Source: an uncultured Collinsella sp. (GTDB taxonomy: Bacteria; Actinomycetota; Coriobacteriia; Coriobacteriales; Coriobacteriaceae). Taken from it: a stretch of DNA of 64,000 nucleotides. Below the pieces are notes generated by a model. That model searched no databases, was not told the DNA's origin, and worked only from the letters and a program-made list of their open reading frames with translations. The position numbers and the translations under genes are program-made. Shown here in pieces: positions 18,273 through 26,937 of the stretch; the first letter of the stretch is position 1; each line of letters starts with the position of its first letter. The stretch covers positions 1,005-65,004 of the forward strand of contig CATYJU010000007.1 in assembly GCA_958407995.1 (NCBI GenBank), given 5' to 3'.

Positions 18273-18457
18273 GAGGCGGCCCTTCTGTTGATTGCGGCCC
18301 GGTACGATTGCATCATCGCAGGAGCGAGCGGCGCGCACCAGTGAGCTTTGTCACGAGTGCGGAGCTTGGCCGTGCGGCCTGCCGACGTCCCCGCTTTGCC
18401 GCGTGGGAGGAATGTCACGGTTGCGCAGGCGGTCCCTCCACCACGCGCGGCTTCGCG

Positions 18458-18463
18458 TACAAT
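18458..18463 (+). promoter_or_regulatory. Candidate -10 box (TACAAT) positioned for a leaderless transcript of the histidine kinase gene.
   Basis: TACAAT ends 7 nt before the A of ATG 18470, and no RBS lies in between. Confidence 0.4.
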
Positions 18464-18469
18464 ACCCGT

Positions 18470-19615
18470 ATGAACAGGCTTTTCGACAAATCGATCGTGC
18501 TGGCGTGCTGTATTGCGGCCGCCATGGGTCTTGCTGTGGACGCTCGCCTGGTCGTGGCGTTTTGCCTTGGCGTTATTGCCACCTCGCTGGCCGAGGTCGT
18601 ACAGGGAAACCGCGCCCGCCGTGTGAGCGAGGCCGCGAGCTACGCCTGCATCATCGCGGCTGTCTTCGTGCCGCCGTTTGTGCCGTTTGCGCCTCTCGCT
18701 CTCTATGACATCGCGCGACGCGTTCGCCGTGAACGAATCTGGCCCGCGCTGGCGATTGGCGCCGTGTTTGTCTGCGCGCTTGTCGCGGACCTTCGTGGTG
18801 GCGTGCTCACCACCCGAACGCTGCTGTTAACCGCCATCCTTTCGGTTGCTGCCACCTTGCTATCGCTACGTACCGCCCAGCTGGAGCGCGAGCAACAGCG
18901 CATGCGCCGTACCCGCGACGAGCTGCAAGAACGCGCCCTGGCACTCGAGGCACGCAACCGCGACCTCGCCGACCGCCAGGACTACGAAGTCGAGCTCGCG
19001 ACGCTCGCCGAACGCGCCCGCATCGCGCGCGAGATCCACGATAACGTCGGGCACCAGCTCACGCGCGCCTCACTGCAGGCCGAAGCCCTGCGCGTGGTTC
19101 ACGCCGACGAGCCCGGCGTCGCCGCCGATTTCGCCGACGTCAAACGCACGGTTGACGAGGCGCTCCAGCTTGTGCGCACCAGCGTCCACGCGCTCAACGA
19201 CAACGCCGTCGACCTTTCCGTGCAGCTCGAACGCATTGTTGAAGGCGCGCGTTCGGACAGCGGCCCGCAGATTGAGCTTGAATTTTTGGCCGAGCATGCG
19301 CCCGCAAACGTCGCCAACTGCTTTGCGGCGGTCCTGCGCGAGGCGCTCTCCAATACCATGCGCCACGCATGCGCCCAGACCGTCACTGTACGATGCATGG
19401 AGCATCCGTCGTTTTACCAGCTCATCGTTACCGACGATGGCGCGGGCGGGGTCCAAGCAAGCGGCCGCGGCGCTGCGGAGGGCATGGGGCTCGCCTCCAT
19501 GCGCGAGCGCATCGAGGCGCTTGGCGGCACCTTCACCGCCGGCCCGCGTGCCAGCGCCGGCGGCTGGCGCGTGTTTGCCACCGTTCCCAAACAGCAAGGA
19601 GATGAGGACCGATGA
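18470..19615 (+). CDS. Sensor histidine kinase, HisKA_3 (DesK/LiaS/NarX-like) class.
   Basis: The start is taken at MNRLFDKSIV. There are 4-5 N-terminal TM segments. The H-box is REIHDNVGHQL and the HATPase_c motifs are LREALSNTMRH, DDGAGG and GMGLASMRERI. Confidence 0.85.
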   Translation: MNRLFDKSIVLACCIAAAMGLAVDARLVVAFCLGVIATSLAEVVQGNRARRVSEAASYACIIAAVFVPPFVPFAPLALYDIARRVRRERIWPALAIGAVFVCALVADLRGGVLTTRTLLLTAILSVAATLLSLRTAQLEREQQRMRRTRDELQERALALEARNRDLADRQDYEVELATLAERARIAREIHDNVGHQLTRASLQAEALRVVHADEPGVAADFADVKRTVDEALQLVRTSVHALNDNAVDLSVQLERIVEGARSDSGPQIELEFLAEHAPANVANCFAAVLREALSNTMRHACAQTVTVRCMEHPSFYQLIVTDDGAGGVQASGRGAAEGMGLASMRERIEALGGTFTAGPRASAGGWRVFATVPKQQGDEDR

Positions 19616-20241
19616 GGCTCATCGTTGTCGACGACGACCGCTTAGTGGTCGATTCGCTCAAGATTATCCTGGGCGCCCAGCCGCAGATCGAAGTGGCGGG
19701 CACCGGCGCCAATGGCGACGAGGCGGTCGCGCTCTACAGCGAGCACGCGCCCGACATCGCGCTGCTCGACATTCAGATGCCGGGACGCGACGGCCTTTCG
19801 GCGGCACGCGAAATCCTTGAGCGCGACCCCACGGCGCGCGTGGTGTTTCTGACGACATTCTCGGATGACGAGTACATTGTGTCGGCGCTTAAACTGGGCG
19901 CCCGCGGCTACCTGATCAAGACCGATGTCGCCGCCATTCCGCCGGCGTTGGCACAGGTTATGGATGGCAAACGCGTGCTCGAGGGCAAGGCGATCGAGGA
20001 TATCGATTTTAATGGGGCGGGCACCGAAGCCGACGCGCCCCGCCGGCCCACAGCCTTTGCCGGCCTAACCGACCGCGAGTTCGAAGTCGCCGAGCTCATC
20101 GCCCGCGGCCTCGACAACAAGGAGATCGTCGCCACCGCCTACATGGGCGAAGGCACCGTGCGCAACCACATCAGCTCGATCCTTGCAAAGATGGGCCTGC
20201 GCAACCGCACGCAGATCGCCATCGCCTACCTGCGAGGGTAG
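19612..20241 (+). CDS. LuxR/NarL-family response regulator.
   Basis: The receiver domain reads MRLIVVDDD...LLDIQMPGRDG. The LuxR HTH reads TDREFEVAELIARGLDNKEIV...TVRNHISSILAKMG. A 4-nt overlap (ATGA) joins it to the kinase gene. Confidence 0.9.
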   Translation: MRLIVVDDDRLVVDSLKIILGAQPQIEVAGTGANGDEAVALYSEHAPDIALLDIQMPGRDGLSAAREILERDPTARVVFLTTFSDDEYIVSALKLGARGYLIKTDVAAIPPALAQVMDGKRVLEGKAIEDIDFNGAGTEADAPRRPTAFAGLTDREFEVAELIARGLDNKEIVATAYMGEGTVRNHISSILAKMGLRNRTQIAIAYLRG

Positions 20242-20301
20242 TTGCCCAACGACTGACCGCCCCGGCATAGCAAAATGGCTGTCACCGATTTAATACCATT
20301 T

Positions 20302-20455
20302 CAAAACTATGCCGGTTTACGGGGCTAAACTCAGGACCCCCATCCATACCCGCGTTTTCTGCAAAATGACGGCTCGTCTACCTGCGATTTTATTTTCACG
20401 GATATCGGCATGGTTGGGAGCGCGTGACTTAGCCCCGTAAACCGGCATAGTTTTG
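20302..20455. repeat. MITE-like palindromic element, family B (terminal IR CAAAACTATGCCGGTTTACGGGGCT).
   Basis: Perfect 25-bp terminal inverted repeats lie at 20302-20326 and 20431-20455. The central hairpin is degenerate. Confidence 0.8.
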
Positions 20456-20546
20456 TCCGAGCGGCTCTGCACGAGCGCCTCCGCAAGCCTCGCGGGACCA
20501 AAATGATCCGTTTTCCTCCGTCCCCAAGGAATCACCCGGAACCGCT

Positions 20547-20708
20547 CGCCACGAAACCTGCCCATCTACTACGTTTGACTCGATACCCTTGACCATACCC
20601 CCGTTTTCCAGAAAACCGCAGGCGTTCTACCTGCGGTTTTCTTTTCGCATTTTTTGCCGTGGTTGAGGGCCACCGCCCAAACGTAGTAGATAGGCCCATT
20701 TCATGGCG
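20547..20708. repeat. MITE-like palindromic element, family C (IR CCCATCTACTACGTTT) with the central hairpin AAAACCGCAGG-N7-CCTGCGGTTTT.
   Basis: The arms are at 20560-20576 and 20679-20695. It is flanked by ~46-bp direct repeats (20488-20533 and 20727-20773). Confidence 0.8.
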
Positions 20709-20800
20709 AACGGGCCACACGGATGTCCTCGCGAGGCCAAAATGATCCGTTTCCCTCTGTCCACGGGAGATCAAGTGCTGTTACGAATATGGTGTCATTT

Positions 20801-20954
20801 CAAAACTATGCCGGTTTACTACGATAAAAACGAGATTCCCGACCACGCGTGATTTTTTCGCAAAACTACAAGCCGTCTACCTGCGGTTTTGATTTTGCCA
20901 AATGCGGTGTGGTTGGAGGTGGGCGATTTATCGTAGTAATCCGGCATAGTTTTG
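20801..20954. repeat. MITE-like palindromic element, a B/C hybrid (IR CAAAACTATGCCGGTTTACTACGATA).
   Basis: The left arm starts at 20801 and the right arm TATCGTAGTAATCCGGCATAGTTTTG ends at 20954. The centre carries CTACCTGCGGTTTT. Confidence 0.75.
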
Positions 20955-20985
20955 TTCGCGACGGCACAACCGCGCGTTTAAGCGC

Positions 20986-21019
20986 GGGGCCGGTGGGGCA
21001 AAATTGCCCCACCGGCCCC
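20986..21019. terminator. Strong hairpin downstream of the hydrogenase operon (terminator-like, no clear U-tract).
   Basis: GGGGCCGGTGGGGCA-aaat-TGCCCCACCGGCCCC forms a 15-bp perfect stem. Confidence 0.5.
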
Positions 21020-21040
21020 TATTCCAGTTCTATCCCAGCG

Positions 21041-21382
21041 TTACTCCGGCTTGGTTTCTACCGTGGGAGTCTTATTCGCCGCAACTGGAGTACGAGCGGT
21101 GTCCATAGTCAGGCAATGCTTGGGGCAGCTCTCGATGCACTCACCGCACACCACGCAGGCATACGGGTCGATCGACCACGTTCCACCCTTGCGATCGACC
21201 GCGAGCGCGCCCGCCGGGCAGCGGCGTACGCACATGCCGCAGCAGATGCACACGTCCATGTCGTTGACGATGTGCCCGCGCAGGCGCTTGGGCGCCGCGA
21301 GCTTCTCCTGCGGATAGCACACCGTGACCGGCTGCTTGACCATAGAGCCCAAGGCCGTCTTGGCAAATGTCAGCAAACTCAT
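21041..21382 (-). CDS. Group 4 [NiFe]-hydrogenase 2x[4Fe-4S] subunit (EchF/HycF/NuoI-like).
   Basis: CICCGMCVRRCP and CVVCGECIESCP are present. The start is taken at MSLLTF (21382), 7 nt after the large-subunit stop. Confidence 0.8.
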   Translation of the reverse strand: MSLLTFAKTALGSMVKQPVTVCYPQEKLAAPKRLRGHIVNDMDVCICCGMCVRRCPAGALAVDRKGGTWSIDPYACVVCGECIESCPKHCLTMDTARTPVAANKTPTVETKPE

Positions 21383-21389
21383 GCCGCGC

Positions 21390-22478
21390 CTACCTTTCCG
21401 TGCAGCTAATGCAGGGATCAATGGTCAGGATAATCATGGGCACGTTGGCAATGAGCACGCCCTGCAGCGCATGCGTCAGACCTGCCAGGTTTTGCGACGT
21501 CGGCGTGCGCACGCGAAAACGGTCCAGATTCTTGGTGCCGTTGCCGCGCACATAGTAATACGCCTCGCCGCGCGGCTGCTCAATCACAACCTCGCCGCGC
21601 GCGCCGTCGGCCGGTGTAAGCTTGGTGCGCCCGCCGATCCCGTCGTGCGGAATCTTGCCCACAAGCTCCTTAATGATGTCCATGGCCTGCGTGACCTCGG
21701 CACAGCGCACCTGGCAGCGGGCATAGCAGTCGCCATCGCTAGCAACGATAGGCCCAAACGCGGCCAGATCAGCATAGGCGCCGTCGCCAAACATGCGCAC
21801 GTCGTAATCCACGCCCGAGGCGCGACCGAACGGGCCGACCATCGACAGATCCAGCGCGTCCTTCTTGCTGATCACGCCCACGCCGTGCAGGCGCTCGCCG
21901 CAGCTATTGTCGTCCAAAAACGTATGCACCAAGGCCTCGTAGTCAGGACGCATGGCATCGAGCGTCTGGACAATGCCCGCCAGTTCGGAGTCCTCAATGT
22001 CGTGTTTAAGGCCGCCGATCTCGTTAATCGAAAGGATCACGCGGCCGCCGCAGGTGCTCTCAAAGATCTTAAGAATCTGCTCGCGTAGGGTCCACGAACG
22101 ATAGAACAGTGCCTCGAAACCAAAGGCATCGGCGAGCAGGCCCAGCCACAGCAGATGCGAGTGAATGCGCGAAAGCTCGTGCAAAATGGTGCGGATATAC
22201 TGCACGCGGTCGGGCACCTCGATTTCGAGCATGCGCTCGCAGGCGCTGGCATAGCCGTAGCTGTGGCCCACGGCGCAAATGCCGCAGATGCGCTCGGCGA
22301 TGTAGCCAAACTGATGCATGTCGCGCTTTTCGGTGAGCTTCTCGAGCCCGCGGTGCACAAAGCCGATCTGCGGAATTGCCTCGATGACGCGGTCGTCCTC
22401 GATCACCAGGTCCAGATGAAGCGGCTCGGGCAGCACCGGGTGCTGCGGGCCAAACGGAATAACGGAGCGATGTGCCAT
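21390..22478 (-). CDS. Group 4 [NiFe]-hydrogenase large subunit (EchE/HycE/NuoD-like).
   Basis: 362 aa. The N-terminal Ni-Fe ligand motif is RICGICAVGHS and the C-terminal motif is DPCISCTER. Confidence 0.9.
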   Translation of the reverse strand: MAHRSVIPFGPQHPVLPEPLHLDLVIEDDRVIEAIPQIGFVHRGLEKLTEKRDMHQFGYIAERICGICAVGHSYGYASACERMLEIEVPDRVQYIRTILHELSRIHSHLLWLGLLADAFGFEALFYRSWTLREQILKIFESTCGGRVILSINEIGGLKHDIEDSELAGIVQTLDAMRPDYEALVHTFLDDNSCGERLHGVGVISKKDALDLSMVGPFGRASGVDYDVRMFGDGAYADLAAFGPIVASDGDCYARCQVRCAEVTQAMDIIKELVGKIPHDGIGGRTKLTPADGARGEVVIEQPRGEAYYYVRGNGTKNLDRFRVRTPTSQNLAGLTHALQGVLIANVPMIILTIDPCISCTER

Positions 22479-22483
22479 GGACC

Positions 22484-23203
22484 TTACGCCTCCTTTTTCT
22501 GCTTGTCGCTGGCGGCCTTGGCGGCAAGCGCCGCGCGGACCTTGGCCGCTTTCTCGGGATCCATGGCGGCGGGCTTTGCCTCCATCTCGGCAGCCTTGAG
22601 CGCGGCCTTCGCAGCAGTTTCATCGTGCTGAGCATCGGAGCCGGCAGCCGCAGCGGGCTGAGCGACGGCAGCGCCCGCAGCATCGCCAGCGCCCGCAGTG
22701 CCCTCCCCCGCAGCGGCCGTGGCAGTAGCAGCCTTCTCGGCCGCGGCCTTGCGCGCCTTGGCCTCGGCAGCGGCACGGACCTTCATGGCTTTCTCGCGCG
22801 CGGCCTTCACCTCGGGCGTGATAACGCTCATGGGCTCGGCAGTCGAGACCTGGTAGAAAAAGCCCTTAAAGTCAATCTGCATATCGGTGATGGCAAGACC
22901 AAACAGGTCGTGCGCTTCGTTTTCAAACGGGAATACTGCCGGATAGTACGAGCTGATGGACGGAATCTCCTGGTACTGATTAATTCCCTCAACCACCAGG
23001 TTCTCGATCGCATAGCTGCCGTCCTGCGCAATATGCTCCTGAGCAGCACGAACGTTGATAAACGTATAGACCAAGCGATACGAGCCGTCGTCGACGTTGC
23101 GTTCAGCGTGCATTTGCACAAAGCGCGCGCCGACGCCCTTAAGCGCCTGGACATGCGACAGGAGCTCTTCGATCCCGACGGTGGTATAGATTGCCTTTTG
23201 CAT
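22484..23203 (-). CDS. Hydrogenase NuoC-like subunit (EchD-like) with a ~110-aa Ala/Lys/Glu-rich C-terminal tail.
   Basis: The NuoC-like core is residues 1-125 (RLVYTFIN...FPFENEAHDLFG). The tail is AAREKAMKVRAAAEAKARKAAAEKAA... Confidence 0.8.
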   Translation of the reverse strand: MQKAIYTTVGIEELLSHVQALKGVGARFVQMHAERNVDDGSYRLVYTFINVRAAQEHIAQDGSYAIENLVVEGINQYQEIPSISSYYPAVFPFENEAHDLFGLAITDMQIDFKGFFYQVSTAEPMSVITPEVKAAREKAMKVRAAAEAKARKAAAEKAATATAAAGEGTAGAGDAAGAAVAQPAAAAGSDAQHDETAAKAALKAAEMEAKPAAMDPEKAAKVRAALAAKAASDKQKKEA

Positions 23204-23757
23204 TACTCGGCCTCCCTTGCAGCGGCGGTCGCGTCGCCGGCCTCCGCAGCAGCCACAAACCCGTCCTCGCCCAGCTCAACGCCACCGTCCCAGGTTGCGG
23301 CGCCGCCCACGGTAAGCGGGTCGCCGCCGGCGCGCATCACGGCCTCCTTCTGGTCCAGGATGCCACACGCCTCCACGATGGCATCGATCACCGTCTCGGG
23401 GCGAATGGCGCACCCGGGCGCGTACACGTCCACGGGAATCGCGCGGTCCACGCCGCCGATCACGTTATAGGCATCGCGGAATACGCCGCCCGAACACGCG
23501 CAGATACCGCAGGCCACCACGCACTTGGGCTCGAGCATCTGGTTGTAGATCTGGCGCACGACGGGCAGGTTCTGGGCATTGACCGACCCCGTCACCAAAA
23601 AGATATCCGCATGCTTGGGGTTGCCGGTGTTGACCACGCCAAAGCGCTCCGCATCGAACAGCGGCGTGAGCGAGGCCAGCACCTCGATATCGCATCCGTT
23701 GCAGCTCGAGCCGTCGTAATGAATAACCCACGGCGAGCGCGACATTTTATGATCCAT
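23203..23757 (-). CDS. Hydrogenase small subunit (EchC/HycG/NuoB-like).
   Basis: The Cys ligands are SCNGCDIE, ACGICACSGG and APGCAIRPE. An acidic Ala-rich C-terminal extension is present. Confidence 0.9.
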   Translation of the reverse strand: MDHKMSRSPWVIHYDGSSCNGCDIEVLASLTPLFDAERFGVVNTGNPKHADIFLVTGSVNAQNLPVVRQIYNQMLEPKCVVACGICACSGGVFRDAYNVIGGVDRAIPVDVYAPGCAIRPETVIDAIVEACGILDQKEAVMRAGGDPLTVGGAATWDGGVELGEDGFVAAAEAGDATAAAREAE

Positions 23758-23769
23758 GGATGCCGCCTC

Positions 23770-26652
23770 CTAAATAAATACGTCGACGAGGATGGGCATA
23801 AGGTTGAGCAGGCCAAACACCAGCGCCACGCCCCAGCCGAGCTTAACGCAGCTGCGCCAGGTGCTACGGGCGAAGGTGTTGTCGATCAGGACCTCGACAA
23901 AATACGTCGCGGCCATCACGACCAGGGCTACAACCCAGCTCACGGGGTTGTCCCAGACAAAGAACATGCCCACCCACATCAAAAACAGCACGGTCTCGCA
24001 CCAGTGCATAAGGGTCATCTTGGCCAGCGTGCCGCCGCTCATCTCGGTGGCGACGCCCTGGACGATCTCCTGATGCGCATGATGCGAGTACGAAAGGTCA
24101 AACGGCGACTTGCGCAGCTTGATGGTGAGCACCGCGAGCAGCGCAAGGAAAATGGGCGCGCTGTACACGATGATGGGAGCCGACTGCCCCGTTACGGCGA
24201 TGGAATCGAAGCTGTCGGTGGCAAGATACAGGCCCACACTCATCAGCAAAACGGCGGGCTCGTAACTCATAACCTGCAGCAACTCACGATCGGCGCCGAC
24301 CTGGGCAAACGGACTTTGCGTCGAGGCGGACGCCAGCACCACAAAGATCGCGGCGAGCGTCACCATAAAAGCGCACAGCAGCGTGTTGGAACCCGACACA
24401 AAGATGCCGCCGCCCACCACGGTAAAGATGAGCGCGCACGCCATGTAGGTATCGTCCATGGTGTTTACGCTGGCAGGGGCTTTGCGCAGGAGCTTGGCAA
24501 CGTCGTAGAAGGGCTGCAGCAGGCGCGGGCCCACGCGGCCCTGCATGCGGGCCGAAAGCTTACGGTCAAGACCGTCGATCAGACCGCCCACAAGCGGCGC
24601 CAGCAAGGCAAACGCCACGGTGCCAATAAAAATGCCCACGACGCCCGAACCTTCAAAATACTTGCCGCGCAGCACCGAGGGCGCGCTCATGGCAAGTCTC
24701 TCGGGCCCAATCCACGCGCAACACAGCAGCGCAAACAAGATAATGCTGCAGCACACGACGCTACCCGCGGGGCCAATACGCTTCTCGCCAAGGGCGTCCT
24801 CCGAGTACCAATTGCGCTTTTCGGCCTTCACCTCGTGTCCCATCGAGCCGCGGAAATGGCGATATTTGTCGGTTCCCACACCCGAAAGGTACACGTTGAC
24901 GTGCGGCTTGTTGCTCACGCGGAATGAAGTCAGCAGCACCACGGCGATAAACGCCACGATAACCACCATCAGATACATAGCGTCCTTGCCGATAACGTAC
25001 GGCACGCGGCCAAACACCATGGCCAAGTAAGGCGACACCAGACCGCTCGAGATAATCGGAAACGCCACGCAGCACAGAATCAGCAACGCGGCGATGGTGT
25101 TGAGCGCCATCCATTCGGTCTTATGGACATTGACCTCAACGTTTTGAGCCGTGGGGTCGACGCCCGAAAGCTTGGCAAGCCACTTGCCCCAGAAGTAAAA
25201 CGTCGCGGCCGAGCCAAAGGCCAGAACCATGATCATGAGCACGTTGCCGGTCTGCGCGAACGCCACCAGGGCGCCCCACTTGGACACGAGCATGCCAAAC
25301 GGCGCCACAAACATGCCCATGATGCCCAGCATCATCAGGCGCGTCAGGTGCGGCATGCGGCTGAACATACCGTCCATGTCCTCGATATTGCGGCTGCCGA
25401 TATGATGCTCGGCCGTGCCCACGCACAGGAACAGCAACGACTTTGCCACCGTGTGGAACAGGATCAGGAAGATGGCCGCCCATACGGCCTCGGGCGCGCC
25501 GACACCCAAGCAGGCACTGATGAGGCCCAAGTTGGAAATGGTGGAGTACGCGAGCACACGCTTGGCGTTGCTCTGCGAGATGGCCATGAGGGCAGCGAGC
25601 AAAAACGTGATGGCACCCACACTCGTGACCATAAAGCCGGTCACGGGATAGATGGCATAGAGCGGGCTCAGCTTGACCATCAGGAACACGCCGGCTTTGA
25701 CCATGGTTGACGAGTGCAGCAGGGCGCTCGTGGGCGTGGGGGCAACCATGGCGCCCAGCAGCCAAGTGTGGAACGGCATCTGTGCGGCCTTGGTAAGGGC
25801 GGCGAGCGATAGCAGGACGACCGGCATCACCAGCAGTGCGGACTGCGCGGTACCGGCGCCGGAAAGCTCGATCATGCCCGAGATGGTCAGCGGTATGCCG
25901 TTGACGTGCAGAAACATAAGGCCCGCCAAAAACGCGATGCCGCCCAGCATGTTGAGGATGATCTGGGTGAAGGCGTTTTTGATGGCCTCGGGCGTGCGCG
26001 TGTAGCCAATCATGAGGAACGAGCACACGGTGGTGATTTCCCAGCCGCAGAACAGCCACTCAAGGTTGTCGCTCGTCACGATGACGAACATGGCCGAGAG
26101 GAACAGGAACATGAGCGCCAGGAACTGCGGGCGACGGTCGGGCGCGGTCTGCCCGCGCAGCGCGGCCTCGTGCTCGTCATGGGCCTGGAAGTCCTTCATG
26201 TAGCCCAGGGCATACACGCAGATAAGGCTGCCGACAATGCCAACGGCGAGCACCATGATCACACTCATGTAGTCCAGGTAGAGCGGGGTTGCGGTGACGG
26301 CTTCGGTCGCGGGCAGCGTCATGGCTGCAAAGGCGAGCGAGCCCACCAGTTGGACTATGCCGAGCACCGTGGTGAGCGCGTTCCTATATTTGTACGCGTT
26401 GTACAGGATGACGGCGCACAGGATGACGTCGATGACGGAGCTGATGATCGAGAGCACATGCGAGGTACCGGGGGCAACCTCAAAGCTCTGCGGACCCGTG
26501 CCAAAAAACATGACGGCGACTACAACTGTCACCGCCATAATAATGCCGGAACCTATGAGCCCCACCGCATCGCGGGCGCGGTCACCGCGCGCGAGCAGCA
26601 TGCCCAGCGCCGGTACCAGCGGAAACAGGGTAAGGAAATACAGTAGCGTCAT
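23770..26652 (-). CDS. Fused membrane subunit: an NuoL/HyfB/EchA-like antiporter module plus an NuoH/HycD/EchB-like module.
   Basis: 960 aa. The N-terminal ~620 aa resembles a proton-conducting antiporter (WLFCGWEITTVCSFLMIGY, AAQMPFHTWLLGAMVAPTPTSALLHSSTMVKAG). The C-terminal ~320 aa has the NuoH-like motifs RKLSARMQGRVGPRLLQPFYDVAKLLRK and SPFDL...HQEIVQGVATEMSG. Confidence 0.85.
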   Translation of the reverse strand: MTLLYFLTLFPLVPALGMLLARGDRARDAVGLIGSGIIMAVTVVVAVMFFGTGPQSFEVAPGTSHVLSIISSVIDVILCAVILYNAYKYRNALTTVLGIVQLVGSLAFAAMTLPATEAVTATPLYLDYMSVIMVLAVGIVGSLICVYALGYMKDFQAHDEHEAALRGQTAPDRRPQFLALMFLFLSAMFVIVTSDNLEWLFCGWEITTVCSFLMIGYTRTPEAIKNAFTQIILNMLGGIAFLAGLMFLHVNGIPLTISGMIELSGAGTAQSALLVMPVVLLSLAALTKAAQMPFHTWLLGAMVAPTPTSALLHSSTMVKAGVFLMVKLSPLYAIYPVTGFMVTSVGAITFLLAALMAISQSNAKRVLAYSTISNLGLISACLGVGAPEAVWAAIFLILFHTVAKSLLFLCVGTAEHHIGSRNIEDMDGMFSRMPHLTRLMMLGIMGMFVAPFGMLVSKWGALVAFAQTGNVLMIMVLAFGSAATFYFWGKWLAKLSGVDPTAQNVEVNVHKTEWMALNTIAALLILCCVAFPIISSGLVSPYLAMVFGRVPYVIGKDAMYLMVVIVAFIAVVLLTSFRVSNKPHVNVYLSGVGTDKYRHFRGSMGHEVKAEKRNWYSEDALGEKRIGPAGSVVCCSIILFALLCCAWIGPERLAMSAPSVLRGKYFEGSGVVGIFIGTVAFALLAPLVGGLIDGLDRKLSARMQGRVGPRLLQPFYDVAKLLRKAPASVNTMDDTYMACALIFTVVGGGIFVSGSNTLLCAFMVTLAAIFVVLASASTQSPFAQVGADRELLQVMSYEPAVLLMSVGLYLATDSFDSIAVTGQSAPIIVYSAPIFLALLAVLTIKLRKSPFDLSYSHHAHQEIVQGVATEMSGGTLAKMTLMHWCETVLFLMWVGMFFVWDNPVSWVVALVVMAATYFVEVLIDNTFARSTWRSCVKLGWGVALVFGLLNLMPILVDVFI

Positions 26653-26902
26653 ACCATCACTCCCCCATGCAAAAACGCTGCAATTGTTTAACGTTATAGC
26701 TCAATTGAGGAGCAGCGGCGGCAGGTTTTCGGTCAACTGGGGAGTTTTAGGCGTACGGGGTAAGGGCACGTCCGCTTTGGAGCAGCGGGGCGACGCTCCC
26801 CTATCGCAGCGACAGGCGCGCGGGCCACTGCGCGCAGTTTATTGGCCACTTTGGAGGATGTCCCGACAGGCTCGCGCCGGTCCAAAAAGTTGGCGCGGCA
26901 AG

Positions 26903-26926
26903 AAAAATGCGCCCCTGTGGGCGCAC
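26903..26926 (-). terminator. Intrinsic terminator after the HTH gene.
   Basis: On the minus strand, GTGCGCCCACAGGGGCGCAT is followed by TTTTC. Confidence 0.6.
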
Positions 26927-26937
26927 CATCCCGTTTG

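Noticed and set aside
11278-20241. The two ABC exporter modules plus the two-component system as a novel system.
   Set aside because: MacB/FtsX + ATPase, and ABC-2 permeases + ATPase next to a HisKA_3 kinase and LuxR regulator, are standard widespread arrangements (YvfRS/YvfTU-like). Apart from the repeat element between them, nothing in the sequence departs from those standard arrangements.
20317-20774. The small ORFs 20317-20565(-) and 20532-20774(-), together with 47310-47552(+), give mutually similar 'proteins' (...RKPQVE.LRF..KRG.G.GY..KRSRWA.FVAS...).
   Set aside because: The similarity is explained by the B/C/flank DNA repeats they lie in. The ORFs span palindromic arms and a terminator-like hairpin and have no RBS. 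They are not called as genes.
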